A stretch of 64,000 nucleotides of DNA from Octopus sinensis (lineage: Eukaryota). The number at the start of each line of letters is the position of its first letter. Position 1 is the first letter of the stretch. The position numbers were made by a program, and so were the translations under genes. This document shows positions 11,929-26,412 of the stretch, piece by piece. Location: positions 120,714,001-120,778,000 of the forward strand of contig NC_043000.1 in assembly GCF_006345805.1 (NCBI RefSeq), written 5' to 3'. Below the pieces are notes generated by a model. That model worked only from the letters and a program-made list of their open reading frames with translations. It ran no database searches and was not told the DNA's origin.

Positions 11929-13338
11929 ATATATATATATATATATATATATACATTATCTAATGTTTCCTACCTTCCAAAAGACAGATGGCAGTGATTT
12001 GAGGTAGAATTTGTTGATGTTTCAGGTGGGGCAAGCGACATTGTAGAGAACAATCTCCTAAGTCAACCATCACTTGTATTTTGTTTACAACGATTCTGAT
12101 TCGAATAAGTACGTATAGAGATAAAACTAATTACAGTAAGCCACTTTCTGTCACACACTGCTACTTCCTTTATCTTTACAGTCTTAATATCTATAATTAT
12201 ATTTTCTCTTCTATCGATGAATACAAAAACATAACGTGCAATAGAATCGTGACTTTAATAACACACATGTACACCCGAAATCATCAAGACACGTACGCCA
12301 GCACACACACGCACACATACACATCACACATATATATAATCATATAGACATCACACATGTGTAGACATATAGACATCACCCTCCTACATACACATATACA
12401 CACACATCACACATATATAAGCATATAGACATCGCACACACACACAACGCATATATATATATACACATATAAACATCACATATTAATATATTTGCATATG
12501 TACAGCAACACAGGAATTCAAGAGCCAACTATATTTTTGGTGCCATCAAAATCAATTAAAGGTAAAATAGAAAGCTACCTCAGGGCTCTCCTCTTGAACA
12601 TTATCTTGGGCAAGCTTTTCAAATATGCTCTCCAGTTAGTCCTGGGTGAACCAAATTTCGATGACAGAATCTTTATAGAAAAAGGGTAGTCAACTATAAT
12701 TTTTTATCGATCTATAGTCGAGAGAGGGATTAGAAGAATTGATAGAAAATCGGAAGTGTTGTCTTGCAGCATATGTTACGCTGCTTAGCGATTTGAGTTC
12801 AAATTTTACGTCAGCGCTATTAAGCAGGTCTAACCACCTGTAGAATCTGTTCGCTTGTTACCACAAAAAGAGATAAATATCTCGGTATCAAGATACGAAG
12901 AAAAGATGGCTGACCGGAAAAACGGACTTCATAAACAAATGTAGACAATGACGTCTGGTGAAAATTGTTTATTAACACAAAATAGTGATAAATATTTCGT
13001 TATCAAAGATACGCTGGAAAATGACGGAACGGAAATACAGACATCAATGCAACAAAGAATATAGCAATATGACAGTCTTGTGGAAATTTCGTTTGTAATC
13101 ACAAACGAGATAAATACTTTGATACCATGATACGGAGATAAATAACTGACCGGAAATACAGAATTCAATTGCAACAACTATTTTATCCGTTTGATTATAA
13201 TTATGTTCCAAAGTTCGTTGTAGAAATCGTCATTTAACGACAGTGTGTTTTCATTGTTCTTTTTCGTTTTCTTCTCTTCGAATGGTGATTCTCTTCTCGA
13301 CGTTCAAACTTCGACTGACTCGTAGGTCCTCCTTTTGC

Positions 13339-13375
<37 letters not shown>

Positions 13376-13671
13376 ACTCGTTAAATACACGTTACGACAC
13401 ACGTCACGACGTTACCCATCCATTTGGACTGGTAGATCTAAAGCTAACACATGTCGAAGGATTCGTACAGGCTGAATACAAAACGATAGGGTCTTATGAG
13501 TCCGTGTGTACAAGGTAAGTATTTGTGTATGTGTGCATGTACATATGAAATGGGTGTGGTAAATATGTGTGCGTGTGTGTATGAGAACCCGTATATATAT
13601 AGATTGATAGTGAGATATTATCTATCTGTTGGTGTATATATTTGGGAGATGGAATCTGAAAGAAACCCCTC

Positions 13672-13725
<54 letters not shown>

Positions 13726-13734
13726 GTGTGTGTG

Positions 13735-13787
<53 letters not shown>

Positions 13788-13815
13788 GTGTAAATATATA
13801 TATATATATATGTGT

Positions 13816-13849
<34 letters not shown>

Positions 13850-14104
13850 TGTCTATCTGTCTACGGAAGAACCATATATACGACCTAGAGCAAACACAAA
13901 AGAATTGTGAAAACTAAATCTCAACCAAGTGCTGTATTTTTTCTGACACCAGTTCTGCTGCATTAGCAGAAGAATCAGTAACCTTTACCGTGATATGTGG
14001 CTTGCCTTGGTCGTGTTAAACCTGGCGGAGCACCCCATCCAACATTATGTTCTTTGTTGATATTTGTCCGTGTACAGATATATATATATATATATATATA
14101 TATA

Positions 14105-14425
14105 TCATCATCATCATCATCATCGTTTAGCGTCCGTTTTCCATGCTAGCATGGGTTGGACGGTTCTACTGGGGTCTGTGAAGCCAGAAGGCTTCATCAG
14201 GCCCAGTCAAATCTGGCAGTTTTTCTACGGCTGGATGCCCTTCCTAACGCCAACCACTCCGAGAGTGTAGTGGGTGCTTTTTACGTGCCACCCGCACAGG
14301 TGCCAGACAGAGCTGGCAAACGGCCACGAACGGATGGTGCTTTTTATGTGCCACCGGCACGAGGGCCAGGCGAGGCTGGCAACGGACACGAAACGGGGCG
14401 GTGCTGGCAACGGTCGCGAAACGGA
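14105..14425 (-). mobile_element. SINE/LINE 3' end with RTE-like tail ending in (GAT)n
   Basis: Minus strand GGTTGGCGTTAGGAAGGGCATCCAGCCGTAGAAA ... GCATGGAAAACGGACGCTAAAC(GAT)n, with internal short direct repeats of TGCTTTT.A.GTGCCACC. Confidence 0.6.
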
Positions 14426-14640
14426 AATATATATATATTATTCAAAGGAATTCTAACTCTGTTTTTTTTATGTTGTATTTATAGTCTTTATAATATTAAT
14501 GATGAATGTTCAATATATAGTATATATATAATAGTATATACTATATATACTATATATTCTATATTCTAAGTTAATATTATAAAGAATATAAATAAAAGAT
14601 AAAAAACACAATAGGAATTCCTTTGAATAATATATATTCC
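14422..14640. repeat. AT-rich foldback
   Basis: ATATATTATTCAAAGGAATTC is mirrored by GAATTCCTTTGAATAATATAT, and TTTATAATATTAA by TTAATATTATAAA. Confidence 0.65.
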
Positions 14641-15196
14641 TCTATATACAATCATAAAAAACCCAGTGCGTATGTATATTGATATATAAAGTATATATGT
14701 ATATATGTGCTTGTGCGTGTATTGCAATATTTATATATATGTGTATAGGCATACATATATATATATATATATGCATGTATATATACTGTATACATTTATG
14801 TATATACTTATATTATGAATGTATACATGTGTGTGTGTCTGTGTATGCGTGTGTGCATATACACATATGTATATGCTAATATTGCTTTAGTTTTGCACAT
14901 TCCCCCGTGTCCCTGTCTCCGGCAGTCACTCCTTTTGTTTGAGCGTCTCTCTGTTAGCTTCTCTTTATATACACATGTATTCACGTGGATATATATATAC
15001 CTCATTTGTATATTCATACATAAGCATACATGTATATAACACATATGTATATATATATATATATGTATATATAACATATATTTATATATAGGTATTTATA
15101 TTTATATATACATATATATGTATATATATATATATATAATATGTATATATATATATATATATATCTGTGTGTGTGTGTACATATAGGTATAAATAA

Positions 15197-15237
<41 letters not shown>

Positions 15238-15769
15238 TACATAGCTGCATACGCACGCACATATATACACATTTATCCATCCATACATATACACACATAT
15301 ATATAGATTAGATATATTTATACATATATATATATTTATATATATATATATAATCACAAAGATTTATAACGTTAAATACGTTATTTTCCCAATAATTGCT
15401 ATTCTGGCTTACTATACACCGTGCTAATGTTTGGATATCTTAACAAGCATTTTTATTTCTCTGTATGTGCTAACTAATACTATACAGAGTGTGAGGTGAA
15501 TGTCCTGATATGAATAACAGACGTAAAAATTGCAATACATAATAGATACTTTCTATTGCCTAATTATTTCGATAATAATATATGAGTAACAGAGAAATCT
15601 GTATATGTGTTTGATAAATGTTATCACGACAGGAAAGGAAAAATAATGAATATTCGTTTTAATTTTATGAAATAATTGCGGACGAATATAAACAAGGTTT
15701 ACACAAAAACGAAAAGGAAAAAGACAGCAAGAACAAGAACAACGGCCACAGCAACAAAAATAATAATGG

Positions 15770-16310
15770 TTTCAAAGTTCGGCACAAGGGCAGCCATTTT
15801 GTGGGACAGGATGAGTCGATTAGATCGGCCCCAGTATTTCAGTGGTACTTATTTTATCGACCCCGAAAGGATGAAAACAAAGTTGACCTCGACGGAATTT
15901 GAACCCAGAACGTTGCGACCAGCGAAATACCGCTAAATATTTTGCCCCGCATGCTCTCAACTCTGCCAGCTCAACGCCTTAACAACAACGACAACAGTAA
16001 TAATGATAATATTTTACCCCAGTGTTACTTTGATGGCGTGCACTGCTCTCTCACTCAATAATAATAATAATAATAATCCTTTCGACAATAGGCACAAGGC
16101 CTGAAACTTTGGGAGAGGGTTTACGTCGATTACATCGACCCAAGTGTTCAACTGGTACTTATTTTATCGACCCCAAGTTATGAAAAACTAAGTTTACCTC
16201 AGCGGAATTTGAACTCAGAACGTAAAGACAGACGAAATACCTATTTCTTTTCTACCCACAAGTGGCTAAACACAGAAGGGACAAACAAAGTCAGCTAAAT
16301 GGAGTAAGTC
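15770..16310 (-). mobile_element. Cluster of SINE family A copies
   Basis: Repeated GGTACTTATTTTATCGACCCC..GGAATTTGAAC.CAGAACG blocks at 15770-15980 and 16080-16310. Confidence 0.8.
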
Positions 16311-16399
16311 AAATAACGATAATTGTAACTGAACTGGATTTTAAATTATTTTGAAGAAAGATTTGAGAAGGAAACAATTATTTGGCTAGATGCCAATAT

Positions 16400-17380
16400 C
16401 TCATAAGGCTTGAAATAGCAGAATTAAGCTAGATTGAAAGCTAACTCTAGTTCAAAATCTCTGGAATGAAAGCAAAACAGGGATTGAAGGACCGTCTAAT
16501 TATATACGGCAATAATGCTTAACCACCCCCACCCCGACACACACAAAAAGAAAGAAAACTTTTAAAATAAAATTTCAAAGATATTAAACTCAAGTGCATA
16601 CACTGCAACGAGTCGTATGAGACGGTTGATGACATAATCTCCGGGTACTCTATCCTACTCAAGTTCTTTTATCTACGTAAATATGATTGAGTCGGCAAGT
16701 AAATATCCTGGGCAGGATGCCAAAACTTCAACGGGAAAAACCTAAGTGTTTTAAAAAGGTTTTAAAGAGGTATGAAATAAGATAAAGCACAACTTGAGTG
16801 CAATCATATTTTTATCCACACGGACAAGGAGATCAACGTAAGCTGTCCTGGTATTATGATTAAGGATGTAAATGAAAATAGATCCACATTGATTGAAATT
16901 GCGATCCTTTGTGACCGAAACATTATTCGAAAGGAATTGGAAAAACAGCTACAATAGAAGAAACTTGCAACTGAAATAAACAGAATATAGAATACACCGT
17001 ATATAACATCACTAATAATGAATTCAAATTTTGGCACAAGGCCAGCAATTTCGGGAGAGTGGGTAAGACGATCACATCGACTCCCGTACTCAACTGGCCC
17101 TTATTTTATCGACCCTGAAGGATAAAAGGCAAAGTCGACCTCGGTAGAATTTGAACTCAAACCGTGAAGAAAGACGAAAGGCTGCTGAGTATTTGGGCCA
17201 ACGTGAAAACGATTCTGCCAGCTCACCGCCTAAATAAGACATCTAATTTATAACTGGAGCACAAGGTCTGACGAAAAAGGAGAATGTAAACAGAAAGGAC
17301 CGTTGCGCACAGGTTGCATACATTAAAGATCTGTTCAAACATCGATATCATAAGCAGTTTCTCGGAAGAAGATGCACAGC
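16400..17380 (+). mobile_element. Highly decayed Dong/R4-type LINE C-terminal fragment with a SINE A insertion (17025-17232)
   Basis: KCIHCNESYETVDDIISG (zinc knuckle remnant) and IHTDKEINVSCPGIMIKD..TLIEIAILCDRNIIRKELEK (endonuclease remnant) align by eye to the ORF at 63172. Confidence 0.7.
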
Positions 17381-17409
17381 ATAAGAAAACCCGCTCAATA
17401 ATATTCTTT

Positions 17410-17920
17410 TTTACTCAAGGCACAAAGCCCAAAATTTTGGGGGAGGGAGCCAGTCGATTAGATCGACCCCAGTACGCAACTTATTTTATCGACCTCAAAG
17501 AATATAAAGACAGACGAAATACCTATCTCTTTACTACCCACAAGGGGCTAAACACAGAGGGGGCAAACAAGGACAGACAAAGCGATTAAGTCGATTACAT
17601 CGGCCCCAGTGCGTAACTGGTACGTAATATATCGGCCCCGAAAGGATGAAAGGCAAAGTCGACCTCGACGGAATTTGAACTCAGAACGTAACGGCAAACG
17701 AGAGATCGCTAAACATTTCTCCCGGCGTGATAACGTTTCTGCCAGCTCGCCGCTTCGAACCTGCTCATTAATTTTAATCAACTCACACGTTACACACCGA
17801 TGGCTTCAAATTTTGGCTTAGGGCCTACAATTTCAGAGAAAGGCGTAAGTCGAATACATCGACCCCAGTTCTTGACTGGTACTTATTTTCTCGCTGCCCG
17901 ATAAGATGACGAGCAAAGAC
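17410..17920 (-). mobile_element. SINE family A copies (one full copy, a fused partial and a fragment)
   Basis: Same family A head and core as 408-640. Confidence 0.8.
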
Positions 17921-18157
17921 TCAGAAACTAGTCTCTGAGTGCAGGCTTAGCTGGGTGGAGGTGCTTATCTCCCCCTTGTAAACATATGGACACAGCAAAT
18001 GTGTCAAGGCCGACAGGAAGCGTTGATGCTTCCTAGGGCTAAATAGCAGTAGTGTGATTCCCTTCACGGGACTGTCACATTAACTTGACATTATACAACT
18101 ACTCTATCGTACCACTACTGCATAATCTCTTTGAGATATTTAGAGATGTATTATTCG

Positions 18158-18276
<119 letters not shown>

Positions 18277-18861
18277 GTATATACACCACATCATATGACG
18301 AATAAGATCTCCTTAAACTGATAACAATATAAACAAAACTAAAAACATAATAAAATACACATATAAACAAATGGAAGTAAATAACTATATACGTTAACAA
18401 AAAAAATTAATTTAACTAAATACAACAAAAATACTAATCATAAAAAGGAGGTGGAAACACATGAATAAAATAAACAAAAACAAATTACACGAACGTGTAT
18501 AAAGAGGAGTTACAAATATTACAGGCGCTTCCTCCCAAACTAACTAAACATAGACACACATATGGGTATACGCATGCGCAAATAAAGACACATACAATAG
18601 GAATAAAAAATACAAAATGGCTGACAGTTAGTAAGGAGAGACACACAAATAAGAAAGAAGAAAGCAAAGGACCACTGATGAGGTAACAGGAATGTGACGA
18701 AAGAACTCTAGCCGAAATAAGATTAAGATTAATGTAAAAAAATAAATAAAGCTGAAGCAAATTAAAACCAAATGTATAGTGCGTGTGTTTTTTTGGCTAA
18801 ACTGGCAAAATGAGCATTCCTAAATACAACAATATATATATATACATATATATACACGCAC

Positions 18862-19114
18862 ACAGATGGATTCAAATGTAGGTATGCAGAAACTGTCACA
18901 TCAAATTTAAAATACGTTATTCATTGAAATTTTTAGCGCAGTTAGTAGGTGAACCTCCATTTTTGATATTTTCAGCATCATTAATCAAAATAATACATTT
19001 ATCATAACGATACTAACACTTTTATCGCAACTTTCAATTTTTTTGATAAAAATAAATGAGTATTCTCCGTGTTTCCTTTTTCCATAATTCTATGCCTACT
19101 TTTACCCCACCCTG
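18862..19114. mobile_element. Possible old Tc1/mariner-type MITE
   Basis: Degenerate termini CAGATGGATTCAAATGTAGGTA vs reverse complement CAGGGTGGGGTAAAAGTAGGCA. Confidence 0.35.
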
Positions 19115-19158
19115 TATATATATATGCACTTATGTGAGGCGTGTGTATGTATATATAT

Positions 19159-19191
<33 letters not shown>

Positions 19192-19341
19192 TAACTTTCT
19201 TGGAAATGGATGCCTGGCGTTCAATCATATATAATATCAATAATATAAATATAAATATATATATATGTTTGTATGTATATCTATATATTTGCGTTTATAC
19301 ATGCATATGTGTACATAGTTACATATATATGTATATAGATA

Positions 19342-19668
19342 TGCATATATTGGTGCAGGAGTCATAGAACGTAAACAACATGAAATACGAAATACGAAAA
19401 CATGAAATACGAACATGGTTTTTGCGAACAACGAAAGAAATAGATGGAAAACAAGATAAGTAACATAAAGTTGTTGGCTGTATTTCTACTCCGTATTTTG
19501 CTCGAAATACGGAATAGAAAAACAGGCGATGAATGATGAAGTGTCATTCTTTATGTTGCTTCTCTTGTCTTCCATTTGTTTCTTTTTTTGTTCGCAAAAT
19601 ATGTCCGTATTCCATATTTTCGTATTTCGTGTTGTTTACGTTCTATGACTCCTGTACCAATATATGCT
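19342..19668. repeat. Foldback flanked by TA-rich tracts
   Basis: GCATATATTGGTGCAGGAGTCATAGAACGTAAACAACA is mirrored by GTTGTTTACGTTCTATGACTCCTGTACCAATATATGC. Confidence 0.8.
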
Positions 19669-20481
19669 TATATAAGTATGTACCTATATTATGTATATAT
19701 GCATTTGTATATATATATATATATACATACAGGTGGTGCAGGAGAGGCTGTATATGTATACACACACACACACACACACAAACACATGCATATACATATA
19801 TGTATATGTTTGTGTCTGTGTTTTTCCTCCAGCCATCGCTTGACAAAACGGTTTTGTTGCGTTCACGACCCCATAATTTAGCGGTTGGGTAGAAAAAAGG
19901 GGGGCCGATAGAATAAGTACTAGGCTTTTCAAAGAATAACCCTGGTGTCGATTTGTTCGACTAAAGGCTATGCTCTAGCATGGCCGCAGTCAATTGACTG
20001 CAAAAGGAATTATCAGAATATAAGACTAAAAGAATATGTAGGTATGTATATGCTATCCTTACAGTCTCTCATATTGGAAGATAACTATTGTAGACCAATT
20101 TTTTTAAACGAAATTATGCCCCTTCTCCGTTATTATTTAACTTTCTGTCTGCGCAAAAACATATCTATACATTTCCATATAAGCATTCCGCAAACATTTG
20201 ACACAATACTTTCTGTTGTATTCCAAATATCAATAAGATATATCTCATATATGTCTCTCCATCCATTTGTGCGTCCATCAACTCATCCAATTCTTTCATT
20301 ATAACCTTCGATCGAGCGAACGATCGATCGATAGATCGATCGATCAATCCTACCAGTCGTCAATTCATCCAACTCATCGTTCGCCCATTCCTCCTGTATC
20401 AACCAATTTGTTCGAACACTTTTCTTTCTGTCCATCTCTCTAACCCTCCCTCTCTCTGCTCTTACTCTCTCACACTCTTTT

Positions 20482-20527
<46 letters not shown>

Positions 20528-21231
20528 GTGTGTGTGTGTTTGTGTATGTCTATGTCTATATATATCTGTATATATATGAAATATATTTATCATATATATA
20601 TATACATATATATATATGTATATGTATATTTACATAAATATATACATATGTAAACATATACTTATATTAATTCATATACAATCACCATATATAATGTGCG
20701 TATGTTTGTGTATCGTATATATATATATATATATATATATTTTTTATATATATACATATATATACATATGTACATATATATATATACATATATATACATA
20801 TATATTTATATGTATTATAAATTATATGTATATATATTATATATATATATTATATATATTTATATATACATATACACATATATATATGCATACATACATA
20901 CATTCAGATATTGTTTTATTTTGCTTACTTCCTATCAATACAATAATGCAGCTTTCAACAGTTGATTTCAATTTCTGCTTCTTTTTACCCGTTCCCCCAC
21001 TATTCAGAAAGTGTTATTTTCATTGCTTCAGTCTAAATAGTGAAATTCTAGTTATTAGTTTGCTCAGAGTTGTGGAAAGTTTCATGTTTACTGAGTGGGT
21101 TCTGTCTGCATACATACATACGTATATACATGCATATATCTATCTATCTATCAGTCTATTTATCTATCTATCAGTCTATTATCTATCTATCTATCATCTA
21201 ATCTATCTATCTATCTATCTATCTATCTACT

Positions 21232-21264
<33 letters not shown>

Positions 21265-21267
21265 GTA

Positions 21268-21333
<66 letters not shown>

Positions 21334-21854
21334 ATTATATATATATATAATATATATATATATAGATCTATGTATATATCTATCTATCTATCTATCTTAT
21401 ATATATATATCTAATATATATATATATATTATATATACAATACATACACACATATATACGTGTGTGAGATCGAGTTTTCTCATTCAGTATTGCTTTGGAT
21501 TCAGATTTATCTATCATTAATTCACAAACCAAAACAATATCTGCATAAATCCGTCTGCATCTGAAATTATTACCAGCTACTAATATTTCAGCCAAATTAT
21601 ATTGTGCTCTGTTGATCTGTACATCTTAAAACTAGTTAATATACATACATCGATTAACTGTTTGGCTGATCTCTGAATTTTACTATCATTCACTTTTTCC
21701 ATTCACCCTGTATTTCTCTCTCTCTCTCTTCATGAAAAATGAATTTTTGTTCTGTAACGTCGGGTCACTCTTAACTCATCATTCTGTGACATAGCAAGGT
21801 TTGAACTGATCGATGAGTTGTAACTCGCACAAATCCATCGTGCTAGATATACCT

Positions 21855-22086
21855 ATTTCTTTACTACCAACAAGGGGCTAAACATAGAGAGGACAAACAA
21901 GGACAGACAAACGGATTAAGTCAATTATATCGACCCCCGTGCGTAACAGGTACTTACTTTATCTACCTTGAAAGTATGAAAGGTAAAGTCGACCTCGGCG
22001 GAATTTGAACTCAGAACGTAACGGCAGACGAAATACGGCTACACATTTCGCTCGGCGTCCTAACGTTTCTGGCAGGTTGTCGCCTT
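21855..22086 (-). mobile_element. Full SINE family A with target-site duplication
   Basis: Flanked by the direct repeat ATCGTGCTAGATATACCT (21837-21854 and 22087-22104). Confidence 0.9.
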
Positions 22087-22479
22087 ATCGTGCTAGATAT
22101 ACCTTAACCCGACGACGAACAAGGAGTATCATTAAAATTTCCGACAAAATGCTTTGCGTTATTTCTTCCGGCTCTTTTCGTTCTGAGTTCAAATTCCGTC
22201 GATAACAACCACGCCTTTCAGCTCCTTAGGGATGATAAAATAATGTGTCAGTGACGTAGTGCGGTTGATGTGACTAACATTTCCTTTCCCCTTATAGTTG
22301 CTTATCTTGAAATTTGAAACATCGGCGTCCCTTACAGGGGGGATGCTTGATCTTGGTCATTTATACGCCATAGAAACCGAGCAACAAACACTAATTAGTC
22401 CTGGAGTTCAGAAAAAAAAAAGAAAGAAAAGATATACATTATTGTAAAGTAAAATTACCTTCTCGAGTTAATCCGACTT

Positions 22480-22670
22480 TCAGGTGCCGGTGTTCCTGCT
22501 ACGTTGTGTATAAATTCACCACGTAGAAGGGATGCCGTGTTACTCATTTTTGTCAGCTGAGTAGAATGAAGTGTTTTGCTGAAGAATACGCGTTGCTCGG
22601 TCCAGGAATCGAAACCACTATCTTACGGTCACGAATCCAATACCCTAACCACTAAGCCATGCGCCTCTAC
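22480..22670 (-). mobile_element. tRNA-derived SINE family C (V-domain-like), decayed
   Basis: Minus strand GGCGCATGGCTTAGTGGTTAGGG..GGTTTCGATTCC, followed by the CAGCAAAACACTTCATT..CTCAGCTG.CAAAAATGAGTA block. Confidence 0.65.
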
Positions 22671-22969
22671 TATAACTTATTGCCCTCAGCGGAAGCTACA
22701 CCCTACACACCGATATGCAGTATTGAATCTTCTGAAGTGCATCGTGGCAGTTTCGCCATACCCTACCATCTCCTCTATCCCCAATATTCCTGCAGGCCCT
22801 TAGATTTTGTCAGATGAGCCAGAACGAAGACGGGCAAGTGTTTGATCAGACAACAATAGTTCTTTTTCATTCTGAAATTTTCCATGGCTTGAAAACTAAT
22901 ACAGGCCTCGAAGCAATAATGAGGTTATTGATGATGTTACAACAGTTACTGTGTATTTGTGTACCAGCA

Positions 22970-23377
22970 CTTTTCTTTCTTTCTTTTTCTTTCTTTTATT
23001 CGCTTCAGTCATTTGACTGCGGCCATGCTGGAGCACCGCCTTTAGTCGAGCAAGTAGACCCCAGTACTTATTCTTTGTAAGCCAAGTACTTATTCTATCG
23101 GTCTCTTTTGCCGAACCGCTAAGTTACGGGGACGTGAACACACCAACATCGGTTGTCAAGCGTTGGTTGGAGGACGAACACACAGACACACACTCGCATA
23201 TATATATACATATATATACGACATGATTCTTTCCGTTTCCGTCTACCAAATCAACTCACAAGGCCTTGGTCGGCCCGAGGCTATAGTGGAAGACACTTGA
23301 CCAAGGTGCCACGCAGTGATATTGGACCCAGAACCATGTGGTTGGTAAGCAAGCTACTTACCACACAGCCACTCCTG
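22970..23377 (-). mobile_element. SINE family B, full length
   Basis: Complete head, CORE-like segment and tail. An imperfect flanking direct repeat CTGTGTAT.TGTGT.CC occurs at 22949 and 23378. Confidence 0.88.
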
Positions 23378-23412
23378 CTGTGTATCTGTGTTCCTTACGC
23401 TTGTATTGCACC

Positions 23413-23742
23413 GACCCCAGTGCGTAACTGGTACTTAATTTATCGACCCCGAAAGGATGAAAGGCAAAGTCGACCTCGGCAGAATTTGAACTAGCACAGA
23501 CGAAATACCTATTTCTTTACTACCCACAAGGGGCTAAACATAGAGAGGACAAACAAGGACAGACAAAGGTATTAAGTCGATTCCATCAACTCCAGTGCGT
23601 AACTGGTACTTAATTTATAGACCCCGAAAGGATGAAAGGGAAAGTCGACCTCGGTGGAATTTGAACTCAGAACGTAACGGCAGACGAAACACCGCTAGGC
23701 ATTTCGCCCGGCGTGCTAACGTTTCTGCCAGCTTGCCGCCTT
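23413..23742 (-). mobile_element. SINE family A 1.5-mer
   Basis: A full copy whose tail runs directly into the internal GGTATTTCGTCTG site of a second partial copy. Confidence 0.85.
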
Positions 23743-24677
23743 CTTTTCGTTTCATGTTTCTGTTACTTTGATGACAGCCAACTGTTAAATTCAAGAAATA
23801 TCTGGTAAGTGCATATTATTGATGTCGCAGTATAGGCAGACTTTTGTCAACGTAACTCCTGGGACCGTTGTAGTTCTTGTTCTTGTTGTGTGTCTGGCTG
23901 TCGTTGAAGATGATGATAACGATTATGAGGATCATGATGACGATGACTACGACAACTATGATGATGATGACAATGTCAATGATGATGATGAAACTATATA
24001 GTATTTTACTACTAATCATATCGCTTATGTTGGATAAAAATGATTGCCACCTTTCTGTTATTCTAAAAGTTATTGCGTTTTTGTGATTTCTTTGTTGTTT
24101 GATGTTAGGTTATATTTCGGTCCTCTGTGGTTTTGCTTTAATGTGTTAGAAATTGTCTCCAGTTTTTATGAGCTTGGCTGACTCTAACGTCTAGAAGAAG
24201 TTACGTTTTTATATCGTCGTTTAGAATATATTGTAGAAGAACGTATAAAATTATTTTGCCGAATGTATGAATTACATAATTGTAGTGTCTCTGCTGACAA
24301 GTGTAGTGTTGTCGGATTTTGAAAATCTTGTTTTCGTCCTTCGTAGAAGCAATTCCTATTGTAGTCTGATCGAGTCATATAAGACCATTTCGTCTGTGGC
24401 CCCACTGGAATCCTTAGGCGAACAGGGATACAATGGGTAAGGGGGACAGTAGAATATGTCAAAACAGCGAAGTTGTCCTTCTTACGGTTCATCACAGAGT
24501 GTCATTATACAATAATGCATGGTGGAAAATCTAGTTTTCTTTCTTCGTAGAAACAGTTCCTTCCGTTTTTCTGAATTAAACAATACAACAACTATTATAG
24601 TCTGTTCGAGCCAAATAAGCCCATTTCCTCTTTGACCTCCATCGGAATCCATGGGCGAACAGGAATACACTAGATAT

Positions 24678-24914
24678 GAAAGCAGCGAGCTGGCAGAAAC
24701 GTTAGCACTCCTGGCGAAATGCTTAGCGGTATTTCGTCTGCCGCTACGTTCTGAGTTCAAATTCCGCCGAGGTCGACTTTGCCTTTTATCCTTTCGGGGT
24801 CGTTAAATTAAGTACAAGTTGCGCACTGGGGTTGATATAATCGACTTAATCCGTTTGTCTGTCCTTGTTTGTCCTCTCTGTGTTTAGCCCCTTGTGGGTA
24901 GTAAAGAAATAGGT
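24678..24914 (+). mobile_element. Full SINE family A with target-site duplication
   Basis: A/B boxes are present. The direct repeat ATACACTAGATA lies at 24665-24676 and 24915-24926. Confidence 0.9.
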
Positions 24915-25134
24915 ATACACTAGATAGGCAAGATAACAGAATGTGGTAAAATTGCTAGACTGTGCCTCTTACGATTCATCACTGAATGCCAAATATAAAA
25001 TATGGGAGTTCTTCAGTTTTCTTCTCTTTATTTATTAACGTCATGAGTTCAGAAAAGAGTTAAGTGTTTGCTTGAAGGTAAAGAGCGGTACTATTCTATT
25101 TTAGCTTTTATCACATTTAAATATAAATTTTATA

Positions 25135-25545
25135 GAGCATAGGAGTGGCTGTGTTTATAGAGCGCAGGAGTGGCTGTGTGGTCAGTAGGTTCCGGGTTCA
25201 GTCCCACCGCGTGGCACCTTAGGCAAGTGTCTTCTACTTTAGCCTCGGGCCGACCAAAGCATTGTGAGTGGATTCGGTAGACGGAAACTGAAAGAAGCCC
25301 GTCGTATATATGTATACGTATATGTGTGTGTGTGCTTGTGTGTGCTTGTGTGTGTTTGTCTCCCCCAACATCACTTGACAACCGATGATGCTGGTGTGTT
25401 TACGTCCCCGTAACATACCGGTTCGGCAAAAGAGACCGATAGAATAAGTACTAGGCTTACAAAGAATAAGTCCTGGGGTCGATTTGCTCGACTAAAGGCG
25501 GTGCCCCAGCATGGCCGCTGTCAAATGACTGAAACAAGTAAAGGA
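25135..25545 (+). mobile_element. SINE family B with duplicated head
   Basis: AGGAGTGGCTGTGT occurs twice, followed by GGTTCAGTCCC, the CORE-like segment and the tail GGCGGTGCCCCAGCATGGCC. Confidence 0.88.
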
Positions 25546-26327
25546 ATCATATTTATGTAAACCTTCTCTCATTCATATTCATGCAAAGCCTTTACAACTA
25601 ATAAAGTTCTCAATTTGCTAATCTATATCACTAGACCTTCAGGCTGCGAGATGGCAGAATCTTTAACACGAAGGGCGAGATGCTTAGCGGCGTTTCCTTC
25701 CTCCTTGCGTTCTGAGTTCAAATCCCGCCGACGTCGACTGTGTGTTTCATCATTTCGGAGGCGATTCCAGAAGTGGCAGGAATGCTGGGACACGTGTATT
25801 GCTGCAAAATAGTCACCAGTGTAGGTGACAATTTCGAAAGAGACGCTGTTAAAACATAGTTAAATAAGTTACTTTGTATTAAACATAACCAGCCCGGGAA
25901 CCTTTTGATAGCACCTCGTATAGTATGTACTCATTGTATCAACAGTTTTACGGGCCAAAGTTTTGTTAGTACATAGAACAGAAAAACTATTCAGTTGTCT
26001 AGATGTAAATTTATATGAATACAACGATTAAACTATTATGATCTCTCTATTAGTACCACACATATGCTGTGTATATATGTATGTATGTAAAACTACAACA
26101 CAAATAGGTACAAGAACAAATAGACTATGTACTGAAGATATATAAGGAAATGTGATTGTCAAAATAACTAACCAGAAAAAAACTTGGGAAACACTATTGT
26201 AATGTATAAAAGGTAATCACATATATATAGATATATAGGGAGAGTTTACGAAGAAAACAAAAGACGAATACAGGTGGTGAACAAAACAAACAGATGTATT
26301 AGTATAACGGTCAGGAATAGAAAAAGT

Positions 26328-26363
26328 CTTCTACGTTTCGAACCTAAGCTCTTCTACAGAAAG
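26328..26363 (-). ncRNA. Minimal type I hammerhead-like motif, A6U variant, in a short (TA)n-flanked element (26236-26372)
   Basis: CTTT-CTGTAGA-A-GAGC-ttag-GTTC-GAA-ACGT-A-GAAG. Confidence 0.5.
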
Positions 26364-26369
26364 GGACAC

Positions 26370-26412
<43 letters not shown>

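Noticed and set aside
13300-13430. CpG-containing patch with a CACGTCA motif as a promoter
   Set aside because: No associated exon or other support is visible from sequence alone.
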